32,000 nucleotides of DNA from NCBI RefSeq assembly GCF_000039765.1, contig NC_004459.3:1200001-1232000 (forward strand), written 5' to 3'. Origin of the DNA: Vibrio vulnificus CMCP6 (lineage in GTDB: Bacteria > Pseudomonadota > Gammaproteobacteria > Enterobacterales > Vibrionaceae). Shown one piece after another: positions 21,784 to 30,102 of this stretch (positions are counted from its first letter, which is position 1; each line of letters starts with the position of its first letter). The notes under the pieces are model-generated. The model saw only the letters and a list, made by a program, of their open reading frames with translations, had not been told where the DNA came from and searched no databases. Both the position numbers and the translations under genes were made by a program.

Positions 21784-24700
21784 ATGCAAGGATGGTTGGT
21801 GATACCCGTATCGTTAGCGTATTTAGGAGTGTTGTTCCTCATCGCTTGGTATGGAGATAGGCAAAAAAATTGGTTGGCACGTTGGCGGCCTTGGATCTAT
21901 AGCCTATCGATTGCGGTTTACTGTACCTCTTGGACGTTTTACGGCACGGTGGGGCAGGCGAGCAATAATCCTTGGTCTTTCTTGCCGATCTACATTGCAC
22001 CGATTCTGGTCTTTACTCTTGGTTGGCGCGTCTTGGCGCGGCTCATTCTCGTTGCCAAGCGCGAGCACATTACCTCGATTGCGGACTTCATTGCTGCGCG
22101 CTATGGCAAATCGCAAGGGCTTGCGGTGGTGGTGACTTTAATCGCTGTGGTGGGAATTTTGCCCTATATCGCCCTGCAATTGCGTGGCATTACGATGGGG
22201 CTTGAGATCATCGCGCCAGATCTCTCAAGCCGTTTTGGCTATCAAGACTCAGGCGTTTCTTGGTTTGTGGTGGGGGCACTGGCGATATTCACCATGCTGT
22301 TTGGCACCCGTCATATCGACAACACCGAGCATCACCGCGGCATGATGATGGCGATAGCTTTTGAATCGATCGTTAAGCTGGTGGCGTTTCTCGTGGTGGG
22401 AATGTTTATCGTCTGGCTGGCGATGCAGCATCAAGAGGTCGATCTCAGCCGTGTTGCCGCCGCCACGTACCAATCGCCCAATATCGCGACCTTGCTGATC
22501 CACACCTTGCTGACCATGCTGGCGATTGTCTGTTTGCCGCGTCAGTTTCACACCATGGTGGTGGAAAATGAACGCGCGCAAGATCTGCATACCGCGCGCT
22601 GGCTCTTCCCGCTGTATTTGATTTTGATGGGCATTTTTGTGCTGCCGATTGCGTGGGCGGGGCAAAGTTTGCTCTCTGGCAGCCCTGCCGATACTTATGT
22701 GATCAGCTTGCCGATGGCGTTTGGCGCCAATGACATTGCTTTATTGGCCTTCCTTGGTGGCACGTCCGCTGCCAGTGGCATGGTGATTGTGTCCACCATC
22801 GCGCTCGCCATTATGGTCTCCAACGATTTGGTGATGCCATTGCTACTGCGCCGCATGCGGCTGTCTAACCGTAATCACCACCATTTTTCAGGTTTACTGC
22901 TGCGTATTCGTCGAGCGTTAATTCTGGTGTTGTTAATTGGCGCATGGGGTTTCTATCAAGCGCTGGACGCAATTCATTCGCTCTCAGCAATTGGCTTTCT
23001 CTCATTCGCTGCGATCACCCAGTTTGCTCCAGCTTTGATTGGCGGCATGTACTGGCGCCAAGGTAACCGCAAAGGGGTGTATGTTGGGCTGGCGGCGGGT
23101 TTTACTTTATGGCTGATTACATTGATGAGCCAAACCGACATGTTGGCCGGCGATGCGCAGAGCAACTTGCTGATTTGGCTGATTACACCACCAGAGGTAT
23201 TAGGGGAGATGGGCGTGAAGGCCTCTGACTGGGGGATGTTCCTCAGTGTCACCGTCAATGCGCTCTGCTTCCTTGTCGTCTCGATGCTAACGCGTCCAAG
23301 CCTAAGTGAGCGCTTACAATCGGCGTCGTTTGTTGGTACGCCATTGCCCGAAAATGAAAACATCAGCCTCTATCAAAGCCGCGTCACCGTGGGTGAGTTG
23401 GAGATGCTGGCCTCACGCTTTGTTGGGCGCAATCGGGTGAAAAATGCCTTTGCTCACTATTGGTCGCAGCAAAGAGAAACCTTATTGCCGAACCAACAAG
23501 CTCCCTCGACCTTGATTCGTCATACTGAGCGGGTATTGGCGGGGGTGTTTGGTGCTTCGTCGGCGAAGTTAGTCCTTACTTCGGCGCTGCAAGGCAGAAA
23601 CATGCAATTGGAGGAAGTCGCAACCATCGTGGATGAAGCGTCTGAGTTGTATGATTTTAGCCGAGGCTTATTGCAAGGGGCGATTGAGCATATTGGTCAA
23701 GGCATTGCCGTGGTGGACAAACAGCTTCGGCTGGTGGCATGGAACCAACGCTATTTGGAGCTGTTTGAGTTTCCGCCTGGGCTGATACAAGTGGGCCGGC
23801 CGATTGCCGATGTGATTCGCCATAATGCCGAGCAGGGTTTATGTGGCCCGGGAGACCCAGAAGATCATGTGCGTCGCCGAGTCTATCATTTGGAACAAGG
23901 CTCGCGGCATACCTCGTCACGCATTCGCCCCGATGGACGCGTGATTGAAGTGCAAGGTAACCCCATGCCCGGCGGCGGCTTTGTGATGAGCTTTACCGAC
24001 ATCACTGTGTTCCGTGATGCAGAACAAGCATTGAAAGAAGCCAATGAAACGCTCGAAGAACGTGTTCATTTACGTACAAGAGAGCTTGAGCAGTTGAATA
24101 AACAGCTGGTGGTGGCAACGCAGCGTTCGGAGCTGGAATCACGCTCTAAATCGCGTTTTTTGGCTGCCGTGAGTCACGACTTGATGCAACCACTCAACGC
24201 AGCGCGTCTGTTTGCCTCATCACTCTCGGAAGTGGCCAAGGACGATGAAAGCCGCAAGCTGGCGCATCACATTGAAAGTGCCCTCGGGGCTGCGGAAGAT
24301 TTGATTGGTGATTTGTTGGATATCTCGCGACTGGAATCGGGTAAGTTGGATGTACACGTGCACGGTTTTGCCATCAATGATGTGTTATCGAATTTGAATG
24401 CGGAATTTAGCGCACTGGCCAAACAGCAAGGCATCGAGTTCTGCATGATCCCGTCGTCACTCAATGTCACGTCTGATCCAAAATTGCTGCGCCGTGTGGT
24501 GCAGAACTTCCTGACCAATGCGTTTCGATATAGCCCTAATGGCAAGGTAGCGCTTGGGGTGCGCCGAGTCGGTGAGCGGGTGCGTATCGACGTATGGGAT
24601 AACGGGATGGGCATTGAAGAAGATAAGCAGCAAGAGATCTTCGAAGAGTTTAGCCGTGGTACCCAAGTGCGCTCCGATCAAGGATTGGGTTTAGGGCTCG

Positions 24701-25215
24701 CGATTTCCAAAGGCATCGCGCAAGTGTTGGGGCATGAGATTTCGATGCGTTCATGGCATGGCCGCGGCAGTGTGTTTTCTATTACTCTGGATCGTGCTCA
24801 GCAAGTGCAAGCGTTGCCGACGGCAGAGCCTGCCCAAGCGCACTCTGAGTTAAGTCACTTACGTATTTTGTGTGTCGATAATGAGCCCGATATTTTGGTT
24901 GGCATGGAGAATCTGCTGGCGCGTTGGGGGTGTGAAGTGAAAACCGCTACTGACATTGTGCAAAGTTTGAAAGCACTGGACGGTGGTTGGCATCCGGATG
25001 TGATTTTCTCCGACTATCGTCTTGATGAAGGTCGCACAGGTTTAGAAGTGCTCCAGCAATGTAAGCTTAGATTAGGCAGCCGTTTTGAAGGGGTGATCAT
25101 CAGCGCCGATCGCACCGATGACATGATGCAAGGCATCAAAGCCAATGGTTTTAGCTTTATTGCCAAACCCGTTAAACCGCTCAAGCTGAGAGCGGTGTTG
25201 AACCGAGTGGCGTGA
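21784..25215 (+). CDS. crbS: Hybrid sensor kinase with N-terminal SLC5/SSS transporter-like domain, PAS, HisKA-HATPase and REC (CrbS/CbrA-like)
   Basis: About 1143 aa; SSS-type membrane domain from MQGWLVIPVSLAYLG, PAS-like GIAVVDKQLRLVAWNQRYLELF, H-box FLAAVSHDLMQPLNAAR, C-terminal REC LRILCVDNEPDILVG...ADRTDD...AKPVKPLKLRAVL. Genomic proximity to acs and actP supports the CrbS assignment. Confidence 0.85.
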   Translation: MQGWLVIPVSLAYLGVLFLIAWYGDRQKNWLARWRPWIYSLSIAVYCTSWTFYGTVGQASNNPWSFLPIYIAPILVFTLGWRVLARLILVAKREHITSIADFIAARYGKSQGLAVVVTLIAVVGILPYIALQLRGITMGLEIIAPDLSSRFGYQDSGVSWFVVGALAIFTMLFGTRHIDNTEHHRGMMMAIAFESIVKLVAFLVVGMFIVWLAMQHQEVDLSRVAAATYQSPNIATLLIHTLLTMLAIVCLPRQFHTMVVENERAQDLHTARWLFPLYLILMGIFVLPIAWAGQSLLSGSPADTYVISLPMAFGANDIALLAFLGGTSAASGMVIVSTIALAIMVSNDLVMPLLLRRMRLSNRNHHHFSGLLLRIRRALILVLLIGAWGFYQALDAIHSLSAIGFLSFAAITQFAPALIGGMYWRQGNRKGVYVGLAAGFTLWLITLMSQTDMLAGDAQSNLLIWLITPPEVLGEMGVKASDWGMFLSVTVNALCFLVVSMLTRPSLSERLQSASFVGTPLPENENISLYQSRVTVGELEMLASRFVGRNRVKNAFAHYWSQQRETLLPNQQAPSTLIRHTERVLAGVFGASSAKLVLTSALQGRNMQLEEVATIVDEASELYDFSRGLLQGAIEHIGQGIAVVDKQLRLVAWNQRYLELFEFPPGLIQVGRPIADVIRHNAEQGLCGPGDPEDHVRRRVYHLEQGSRHTSSRIRPDGRVIEVQGNPMPGGGFVMSFTDITVFRDAEQALKEANETLEERVHLRTRELEQLNKQLVVATQRSELESRSKSRFLAAVSHDLMQPLNAARLFASSLSEVAKDDESRKLAHHIESALGAAEDLIGDLLDISRLESGKLDVHVHGFAINDVLSNLNAEFSALAKQQGIEFCMIPSSLNVTSDPKLLRRVVQNFLTNAFRYSPNGKVALGVRRVGERVRIDVWDNGMGIEEDKQQEIFEEFSRGTQVRSDQGLGLGLAISKGIAQVLGHEISMRSWHGRGSVFSITLDRAQQVQALPTAEPAQAHSELSHLRILCVDNEPDILVGMENLLARWGCEVKTATDIVQSLKALDGGWHPDVIFSDYRLDEGRTGLEVLQQCKLRLGSRFEGVIISADRTDDMMQGIKANGFSFIAKPVKPLKLRAVLNRVA

Positions 25216-25227
25216 GGTGCCTTCTCC

Positions 25228-25270
25228 AAAAAGAGCTGCCATGGTTGGTATTAAAATGGCAGCTCTTTGT
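25228..25270. terminator. Terminator between the crbS-like gene and the accessory gene array
   Basis: AAAAGAGCTGCCAT...ATGGCAGCTCTTTG inverted repeat between convergent genes. Confidence 0.82.
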
Positions 25271-25324
25271 GAATGTCTTGGCTAAGAAAAAAGTTGTGTT
25301 GATACGCCAATAATGATCACCTGC

Positions 25325-25786
25325 TTAATTCTCTATATATCCTGACTCTAATGCACCATGAAGGTCGCAGATAGTATGAACTTCATACCCATCATGATCT
25401 TTTTTCTTAGCATCAAATATAAAATATTTCTCTTTTGAATTAATGTCGCAAGTGAGATTGGATAAATTTTCTGACATGAAAGTAAATATGCTATATCCAG
25501 GTAAATATGAACGCCATAAGTATTTGTATTCAAGGTCACGTTTTATGCTTAATGATGTGCTGACCATTTTGGGGTCAAAAATGCTTGGTGTCTTTATTGT
25601 TGAAATACTGACAGCTTCAAAAAAGAACTCACCATTTTGATTAGTATATGCCTTTAATTCTTTTGTGTCATTCAGAGCACTGATTTCAAGGGTGACTTCA
25701 ATATTTGCCGCAAGGATACCATGATTAAAAATTCTCCCGTGAATTTTTGGTGTTAAGTCATATGTTTTTTGTTTAAATATGTCCAT
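25325..25786 (-). CDS. Hypothetical protein, divergent third paralog of the tandem family (paralog C)
   Basis: 153 aa; FKQKTYDLTPKIHGRIFNHGILAANIEVTLE aligns with the N-termini of the two upstream paralogs, with a C-terminal Cys113/Cys140 pair. AT-rich composition. Confidence 0.7.
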   Translation of the reverse strand: MDIFKQKTYDLTPKIHGRIFNHGILAANIEVTLEISALNDTKELKAYTNQNGEFFFEAVSISTIKTPSIFDPKMVSTSLSIKRDLEYKYLWRSYLPGYSIFTFMSENLSNLTCDINSKEKYFIFDAKKKDHDGYEVHTICDLHGALESGYIEN

Positions 25787-25846
25787 GACGTAGACCTGGT
25801 AGGAGACGGTTAAGAAAAAAGTATTATTAAATGATGTATTGCCTTT

Positions 25847-26326
25847 TTAATCCTTTTGCCTTTTTTCTCTACGCTTATATCCATTAATTTTACATCTACT
25901 TAGTACCATCAAATCGACACCATGTGGAACAACAGGGTTTTTAAAATAGTATTGATATTGATTAGAGTTTATCTCGCATTTTGTGTTTTTAAGATTGTCA
26001 ACAATAAGATCAAGTGGCTCATCGTAATCTAGTATTGAATGCCATAGATATATTCTCTCTTCTTCATTTACTAGGTAAATACCAAAGTAAGAGTAAGCCT
26101 GATTTAACGAGAATTTCTTCAACCATTGAGAATGAATCATGGGTTCAAAATGAAAATATCCATTCAGATCAGTTTTGGTTTTATCTTCATATCGATGTTT
26201 TAAAAAACTACCCTCAAGATAAATCTCTTTATTTGCTAAGATTTTTCCATCCTGAGTAAGATGTCCAGAGATCTCTGGACTTAAGATGTAATCATTCTTT
26301 TTTAAGAAACCCAAAATATTTATCAT
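25847..26326 (-). CDS. Hypothetical protein, second paralog, no signal peptide (paralog B); possibly DUF6795-like
   Basis: MINILGFLKKNDYILSPEISGHLTQDGKILANKEIYLEGSFLKHRYEDKTKTDLNGYFHFEP...; 100/142 residues identical to paralog A without gaps. A TTG start at 26341 would add five residues. Confidence 0.72.
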   Translation of the reverse strand: MINILGFLKKNDYILSPEISGHLTQDGKILANKEIYLEGSFLKHRYEDKTKTDLNGYFHFEPMIHSQWLKKFSLNQAYSYFGIYLVNEEERIYLWHSILDYDEPLDLIVDNLKNTKCEINSNQYQYYFKNPVVPHGVDLMVLSRCKINGYKRREKRQKD

Positions 26327-26385
26327 GTTATTTATACTCAATATTGGTGAGATTTAAATTATGATCGCTTTATATGAGACGTTTT

Positions 26386-26931
26386 TTAAATACTCTCGTA
26401 TTTTTCTCTACGCTTATATCCCTTAATTTCACATCTGCTTAGTAGCATCAAATCAACGCCATTAGGTACTACAGGGTTTTTAAAATAGTAGAGATAATCA
26501 GGTGTTCTGATGTTGCAATTAAGGTTATTTAAGTTGTTTTTAATGAAATTAAATGGTTGTTCGTATCCCAATATGGATTCCCATAGATATGTCTTTTCAT
26601 TTTCAATTAAAATGTAAATACCAATATAAGAATAAGCTTGATTTAACGGGGATTTCTTCAACCATTGAGAATGAATCATGGGATCAAAATGAAAATACCC
26701 ATTCAGATTAGTTTTGGTTTTATCGTTATATCGATGTTTTAAGAACCCGCCTTCAAGATAAACGTCTCTATTCGCAAATGCTTGTCCGTCTTGAGTCAGG
26801 TGTCCAGAGATCTCTGGACTTAAGACATACTCATTTTTTTTAAATAAATCAAAAATGCTCAACATATTACCTTTGCTTACTATTGGGAAAGAAACTAAGA
26901 GCAGGGTTAATATTATCTTAGTGATTTTCAT
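26386..26931 (-). CDS. Hypothetical secreted protein, first paralog with signal peptide (paralog A); possibly DUF6795-like
   Basis: 181 aa; MKITKIILTLLLVSFPIVSKG signal peptide, then FKKNEYVLSPEISGHLTQDGQAFANRDVYLEGGFLKHRYNDKTKTNLNGYFHFDP...; Cys139/Cys167. Confidence 0.78.
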   Translation of the reverse strand: MKITKIILTLLLVSFPIVSKGNMLSIFDLFKKNEYVLSPEISGHLTQDGQAFANRDVYLEGGFLKHRYNDKTKTNLNGYFHFDPMIHSQWLKKSPLNQAYSYIGIYILIENEKTYLWESILGYEQPFNFIKNNLNNLNCNIRTPDYLYYFKNPVVPNGVDLMLLSRCEIKGYKRREKYESI

Positions 26932-27054
26932 TTTTAGTCCGAAAACAAATGGTGACTAATATATAGGATGTTTTTTTCTTGATAAGAAAGAATGTTTTTT
27001 TTGAGATTAATATCGTGTTTGTCGTGTAATTAATAAGTTTGATACTTTGTGCAC

Positions 27055-27086
27055 AACAAAAAGCCGATGCAGTTGCATCGGCTTTG
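27055..27086 (-). terminator. Terminator of the yjcH-actP operon
   Basis: AAAGCCGATGC-AGTT-GCATCGGCTTT with TTTTT on the minus strand. Confidence 0.88.
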
Positions 27087-27132
27087 CTTTTCCTCGGAGC
27101 TCAATCCCTACAATAAAGCTCTAAAGTGTGGA

Positions 27133-28836
27133 TCAATGGTCGTGAGCTGCGCCAGCGCCTTTCGGGTAGCGGATAGACTCAACCATTTCTTGTACATCTG
27201 ACGGTACTTCGGCAGTGAACTTGTTCACGACAATTGCTACCACAAAGTTCAGACACATACCTAGTGTACCAATGCCCTCAGGGCTGATACCGAACAACCA
27301 GTTATCCGGTGTGCTCGCAGCTGGGTTAATGAACTTGAAGTACACGATGTAAGCCGCAGTAAAGGTAATACCTGCCAACATACCCGTGATAGCGCCTTCT
27401 TTGTTCATCTTCTTATAGAAGATACCCAAGATAATCGCAGGGAAGAAGGATGAGGCTGCCAATCCGAAGGCGAATGCCACAACCTGTGCTACAAAGCCTG
27501 GAGGGTTAATACCCAAGTAGCCCGCACCGACGATGGCAATCGCTGACGCAATCCGCGCGGCCATTAACTCCTGTTTATCGGTCATATTGGGCCTAAAGCC
27601 TTTCTTCAACAAGTCATGCGAAATGGCGGTTGAGATAACCAATAGTAGGCCTGCTGCGGTAGAGAGTGCTGCTGCCAGACCACCCGCTGCCAATAGTGCC
27701 ACAACCCAGTTTGGTAGTTTTGCTAGTTCTGGAGAAGCCAGTACGATGATATCGCGGTTGATCTTCATCTCGTTGCGCTCATCGCCAGAGTAGAACATCT
27801 TGCCATCGCCATTCTTGTCTTCCCAAGCCACTAGGCCAGTGCTTTCCCAGTTTTTGTACCAGCTCGGTGCTTCTGTGCCTGCGACACCTTGCATGTCTGG
27901 ACCATTGATGGTGTCGATCATGTTAACGCGTGCAAACGCTGCCACAGCCGGTGCGGTGGTATAAAGAATCGCGATGAACACCAATGCCCAACCAGCAGAG
28001 ATACGCGCATCAGATACTTTCGGTACGGTAAAGAAGCGAATAATAACATGTGGAAGACCGGCAGTACCTACCATGAGCGCCGCACAGATGAAGAAGACGT
28101 CAACCATGCTCTTCGATCCATCGGTATAGGCGGTGAAACCGAGCTCCTGTGTTAGACCATCCAGTTTGGTGAGTAGATACTCATCGCTACCTGCCATGGT
28201 CGAACCGAAGCCAAGCTGAGGGACAGGGTTACCAGTCATCATCAAGGAAGTGAAGATCGCTGGAACCATGAAGGCAAAGATAAGCACACAGTATTGCGCT
28301 ACCTGCGTATAGGTGATGCCCTTCATGCCGCCCATAACCGCGTAGAAGAACACGATCGCCATACCGATGATGATACCCATGTTGATGTCAACTTCGAGGA
28401 AGCGTGCGAATACCACACCCACACCACGCATTTGACCAGCAACGTAAGTAAACGATACGAAAATAGCACAGAATACCGCAACCAAACGCGCCGTTCTTGA
28501 GTAGTAACGGTCGCCGATGAAATCTGGCACGGTGAACTTACCAAACTTACGTAGATAAGGGGCTAAACAAAGGGCGAGAAGTACGTAGCCACCGGTCCAA
28601 CCCATCAGGTATACCGTACCATCGTAGCCGATGAACGAGATAATACCTGCCATAGAGATAAATGATGCCGCAGACATCCAGTCCGCTGCGGTTGCCATGC
28701 CGTTGGCGACTGGGTGAACACCACCGCCAGCAACATAGAATTCACTGGTTGATCCCGCACGGGCCCAGATTGCGATGCCGATATACAGAGCAAAAGTGAT
28801 ACCGACAAGAATAAACGTCCAAGTTTGAATATCCAT
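27133..28836 (-). CDS. actP: Cation/acetate symporter
   Basis: 567 aa; SSS family; SEFYVAGGGVHPVANGMATAADWMSAASFISMAGIISFIGYDG; paired with a DUF485 protein. Confidence 0.95.
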   Translation of the reverse strand: MDIQTWTFILVGITFALYIGIAIWARAGSTSEFYVAGGGVHPVANGMATAADWMSAASFISMAGIISFIGYDGTVYLMGWTGGYVLLALCLAPYLRKFGKFTVPDFIGDRYYSRTARLVAVFCAIFVSFTYVAGQMRGVGVVFARFLEVDINMGIIIGMAIVFFYAVMGGMKGITYTQVAQYCVLIFAFMVPAIFTSLMMTGNPVPQLGFGSTMAGSDEYLLTKLDGLTQELGFTAYTDGSKSMVDVFFICAALMVGTAGLPHVIIRFFTVPKVSDARISAGWALVFIAILYTTAPAVAAFARVNMIDTINGPDMQGVAGTEAPSWYKNWESTGLVAWEDKNGDGKMFYSGDERNEMKINRDIIVLASPELAKLPNWVVALLAAGGLAAALSTAAGLLLVISTAISHDLLKKGFRPNMTDKQELMAARIASAIAIVGAGYLGINPPGFVAQVVAFAFGLAASSFFPAIILGIFYKKMNKEGAITGMLAGITFTAAYIVYFKFINPAASTPDNWLFGISPEGIGTLGMCLNFVVAIVVNKFTAEVPSDVQEMVESIRYPKGAGAAHDH

Positions 28837-28848
28837 TTCCTAAACCTC

Positions 28849-29115
28849 TTAGTCTTCCTGCACGTTGTACTTCTTGTCCAGCGCATTCATGCGGACAACG
28901 TAGACAAAGATCAGCGCCACAAAGGTGTAGATCGACCCTTGCTGAGCGAACCAAAATCCGAGCTTGAAGCCACCAAACTGAATGGCATTAAGTGCATCGA
29001 CAAATAAAATTCCAGCGCCGTATGACACTAAAAACCATACTGCTAGCAGTGATCCCATGATCCCCAAGTTTTCCTTCCAGTAGGCTTGAGCATGTTCTGT
29101 TGATTCGAACGCCAT
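28849..29115 (-). CDS. yjcH: DUF485 family membrane protein (YjcH)
   Basis: MAFESTEHAQAYWKENLGIMGSLLAVWFLVSYGAGILFVDALNAIQFGGFKLGFWFAQQGSIYTFVALIFVYVVRMNALDKKY; directly upstream of actP. Confidence 0.9.
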   Translation of the reverse strand: MAFESTEHAQAYWKENLGIMGSLLAVWFLVSYGAGILFVDALNAIQFGGFKLGFWFAQQGSIYTFVALIFVYVVRMNALDKKYNVQED

Positions 29116-29232
29116 GGCCTTCTCCTTGTGTTTATCGTCTGAATAGATAAGTGTTAACGTAATGTTGCATTTCCTAAGATAGCAGTGTTGAGTCAAGGGA
29201 TCTGTGCAACTTTAGTCGGGGCGATAAAAAGC

Positions 29233-29258
29233 AAAAACGCCCGAAAAATGGGCGTTTA
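29233..29258 (-). terminator. Terminator downstream of marC
   Basis: AAACGCCC-GAAAAAT-GGGCGTTT with a T-rich run on the minus strand. Confidence 0.75.
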
Positions 29259-29330
29259 GTGAGATGGATAGCAGATTTGAGGATGTTAATTTGATGTTAA
29301 ATTAGCCAAAGGTCTAAAACATCGCACGTG

Positions 29331-29954
29331 CTACAGGTAAAAATCTTTAATTCCTTGCAGCAAATTGTTGAGTGCGACGGCGGCGAGGATCAAACCCATC
29401 ACACGGCTGATGATGGCAGCGCCAACATTGCCAATCCATTTTTGAATCGTGTTGGCTCCGAGTAACAGAACCAGTGTGATCAGCAAGACCGCCAACATGA
29501 CGCCCGCGGTAATCGCTTGATCAGCAAAGGAATAGCGATGGTTGTCTGTCAGCATCACCACCGCCATCATGGCGCCAGGTGACGCGATGGAAGGAATGGC
29601 CAGCGGGTAGACGGCCAAATCTGCGAGGGCGGATTTATCCAACTCTTCGCTTAGCTTCTGCTCTTGCTCAGGTTTACTTTCACCGAAAATCATACTCAGT
29701 GCGAATAGCAATAAAACCAGCCCACCCGCAGCCTGAAAGGCGGGTAGTGGGATCTGCATCGCTTCAAGCAGCATTTGCCCGGCGATTAAGAAAAACAGCA
29801 ATACCCCTGCTGAGATACCAACCGCTTTGAGCGCGACGAGACGACGCTGCTTGGCGGTCAGATGTTGGGTTTGCGAAAGATAAACAGGCACTGAACCAAC
29901 AGGGTCAATCACGGCCCAAAGAACAACAAATTGAGTGATGAGAATACTGAGCAA
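29331..29954 (-). CDS. MarC family NAAT-type integral membrane protein
   Basis: 207 aa; VLWAVIDPVGSVPVYLSQTQ...AIPSIASPGAMMAVVML, typical of the MarC/UPF0056 family. Confidence 0.88.
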   Translation of the reverse strand: MLSILITQFVVLWAVIDPVGSVPVYLSQTQHLTAKQRRLVALKAVGISAGVLLFFLIAGQMLLEAMQIPLPAFQAAGGLVLLLFALSMIFGESKPEQEQKLSEELDKSALADLAVYPLAIPSIASPGAMMAVVMLTDNHRYSFADQAITAGVMLAVLLITLVLLLGANTIQKWIGNVGAAIISRVMGLILAAVALNNLLQGIKDFYL

Positions 29955-30102
29955 GGTATGGCCTCCCAGAGTTAATAACAGAGGGATGAAAAAGACAGCC
30001 CATTTGGCTGCCGAGGTATTTTACTCAAGGTATTAAAAATTTGCGTCATTAAAATGTGAACTAATATAACGAAAACTTCTGAATACCGAGTTTGGCGTTG
30101 AG

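Larger units (their letters stand above)
25847..26931 (-). repeat. Tandem gene duplication (paralogs A and B)
   Basis: Near-identical nucleotide stretches, e.g. CAACCATTGAGAATGAATCATGGGTTCAAAATGAAAATATCC (about 26119) versus CAACCATTGAGAATGAATCATGGGATCAAAATGAAAATACCC (about 26658). Confidence 0.85.

Noticed and set aside
21134-22665. Antisense ORFs including a 138-aa one over the MFS and crbS-like genes
   Set aside because: Composition is low-plausibility (His/Gln/Arg-rich) and complementary to transmembrane coding sequence; no independent evidence of coding.
25325-26931. Firm call of a toxin-immunity or antiphage system
   Set aside because: No toxin domain, secretion component, nuclease, helicase, reverse transcriptase or other effector is adjacent; the genes alone do not justify such a label.
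29116-29196. N-terminal extension of yjcH (MTQHCYLRKCNITLTLIYSDDKHKEKA)
   Set aside because: DUF485 proteins start near the internal Met at 29115, and the extension looks like untranslated leader.
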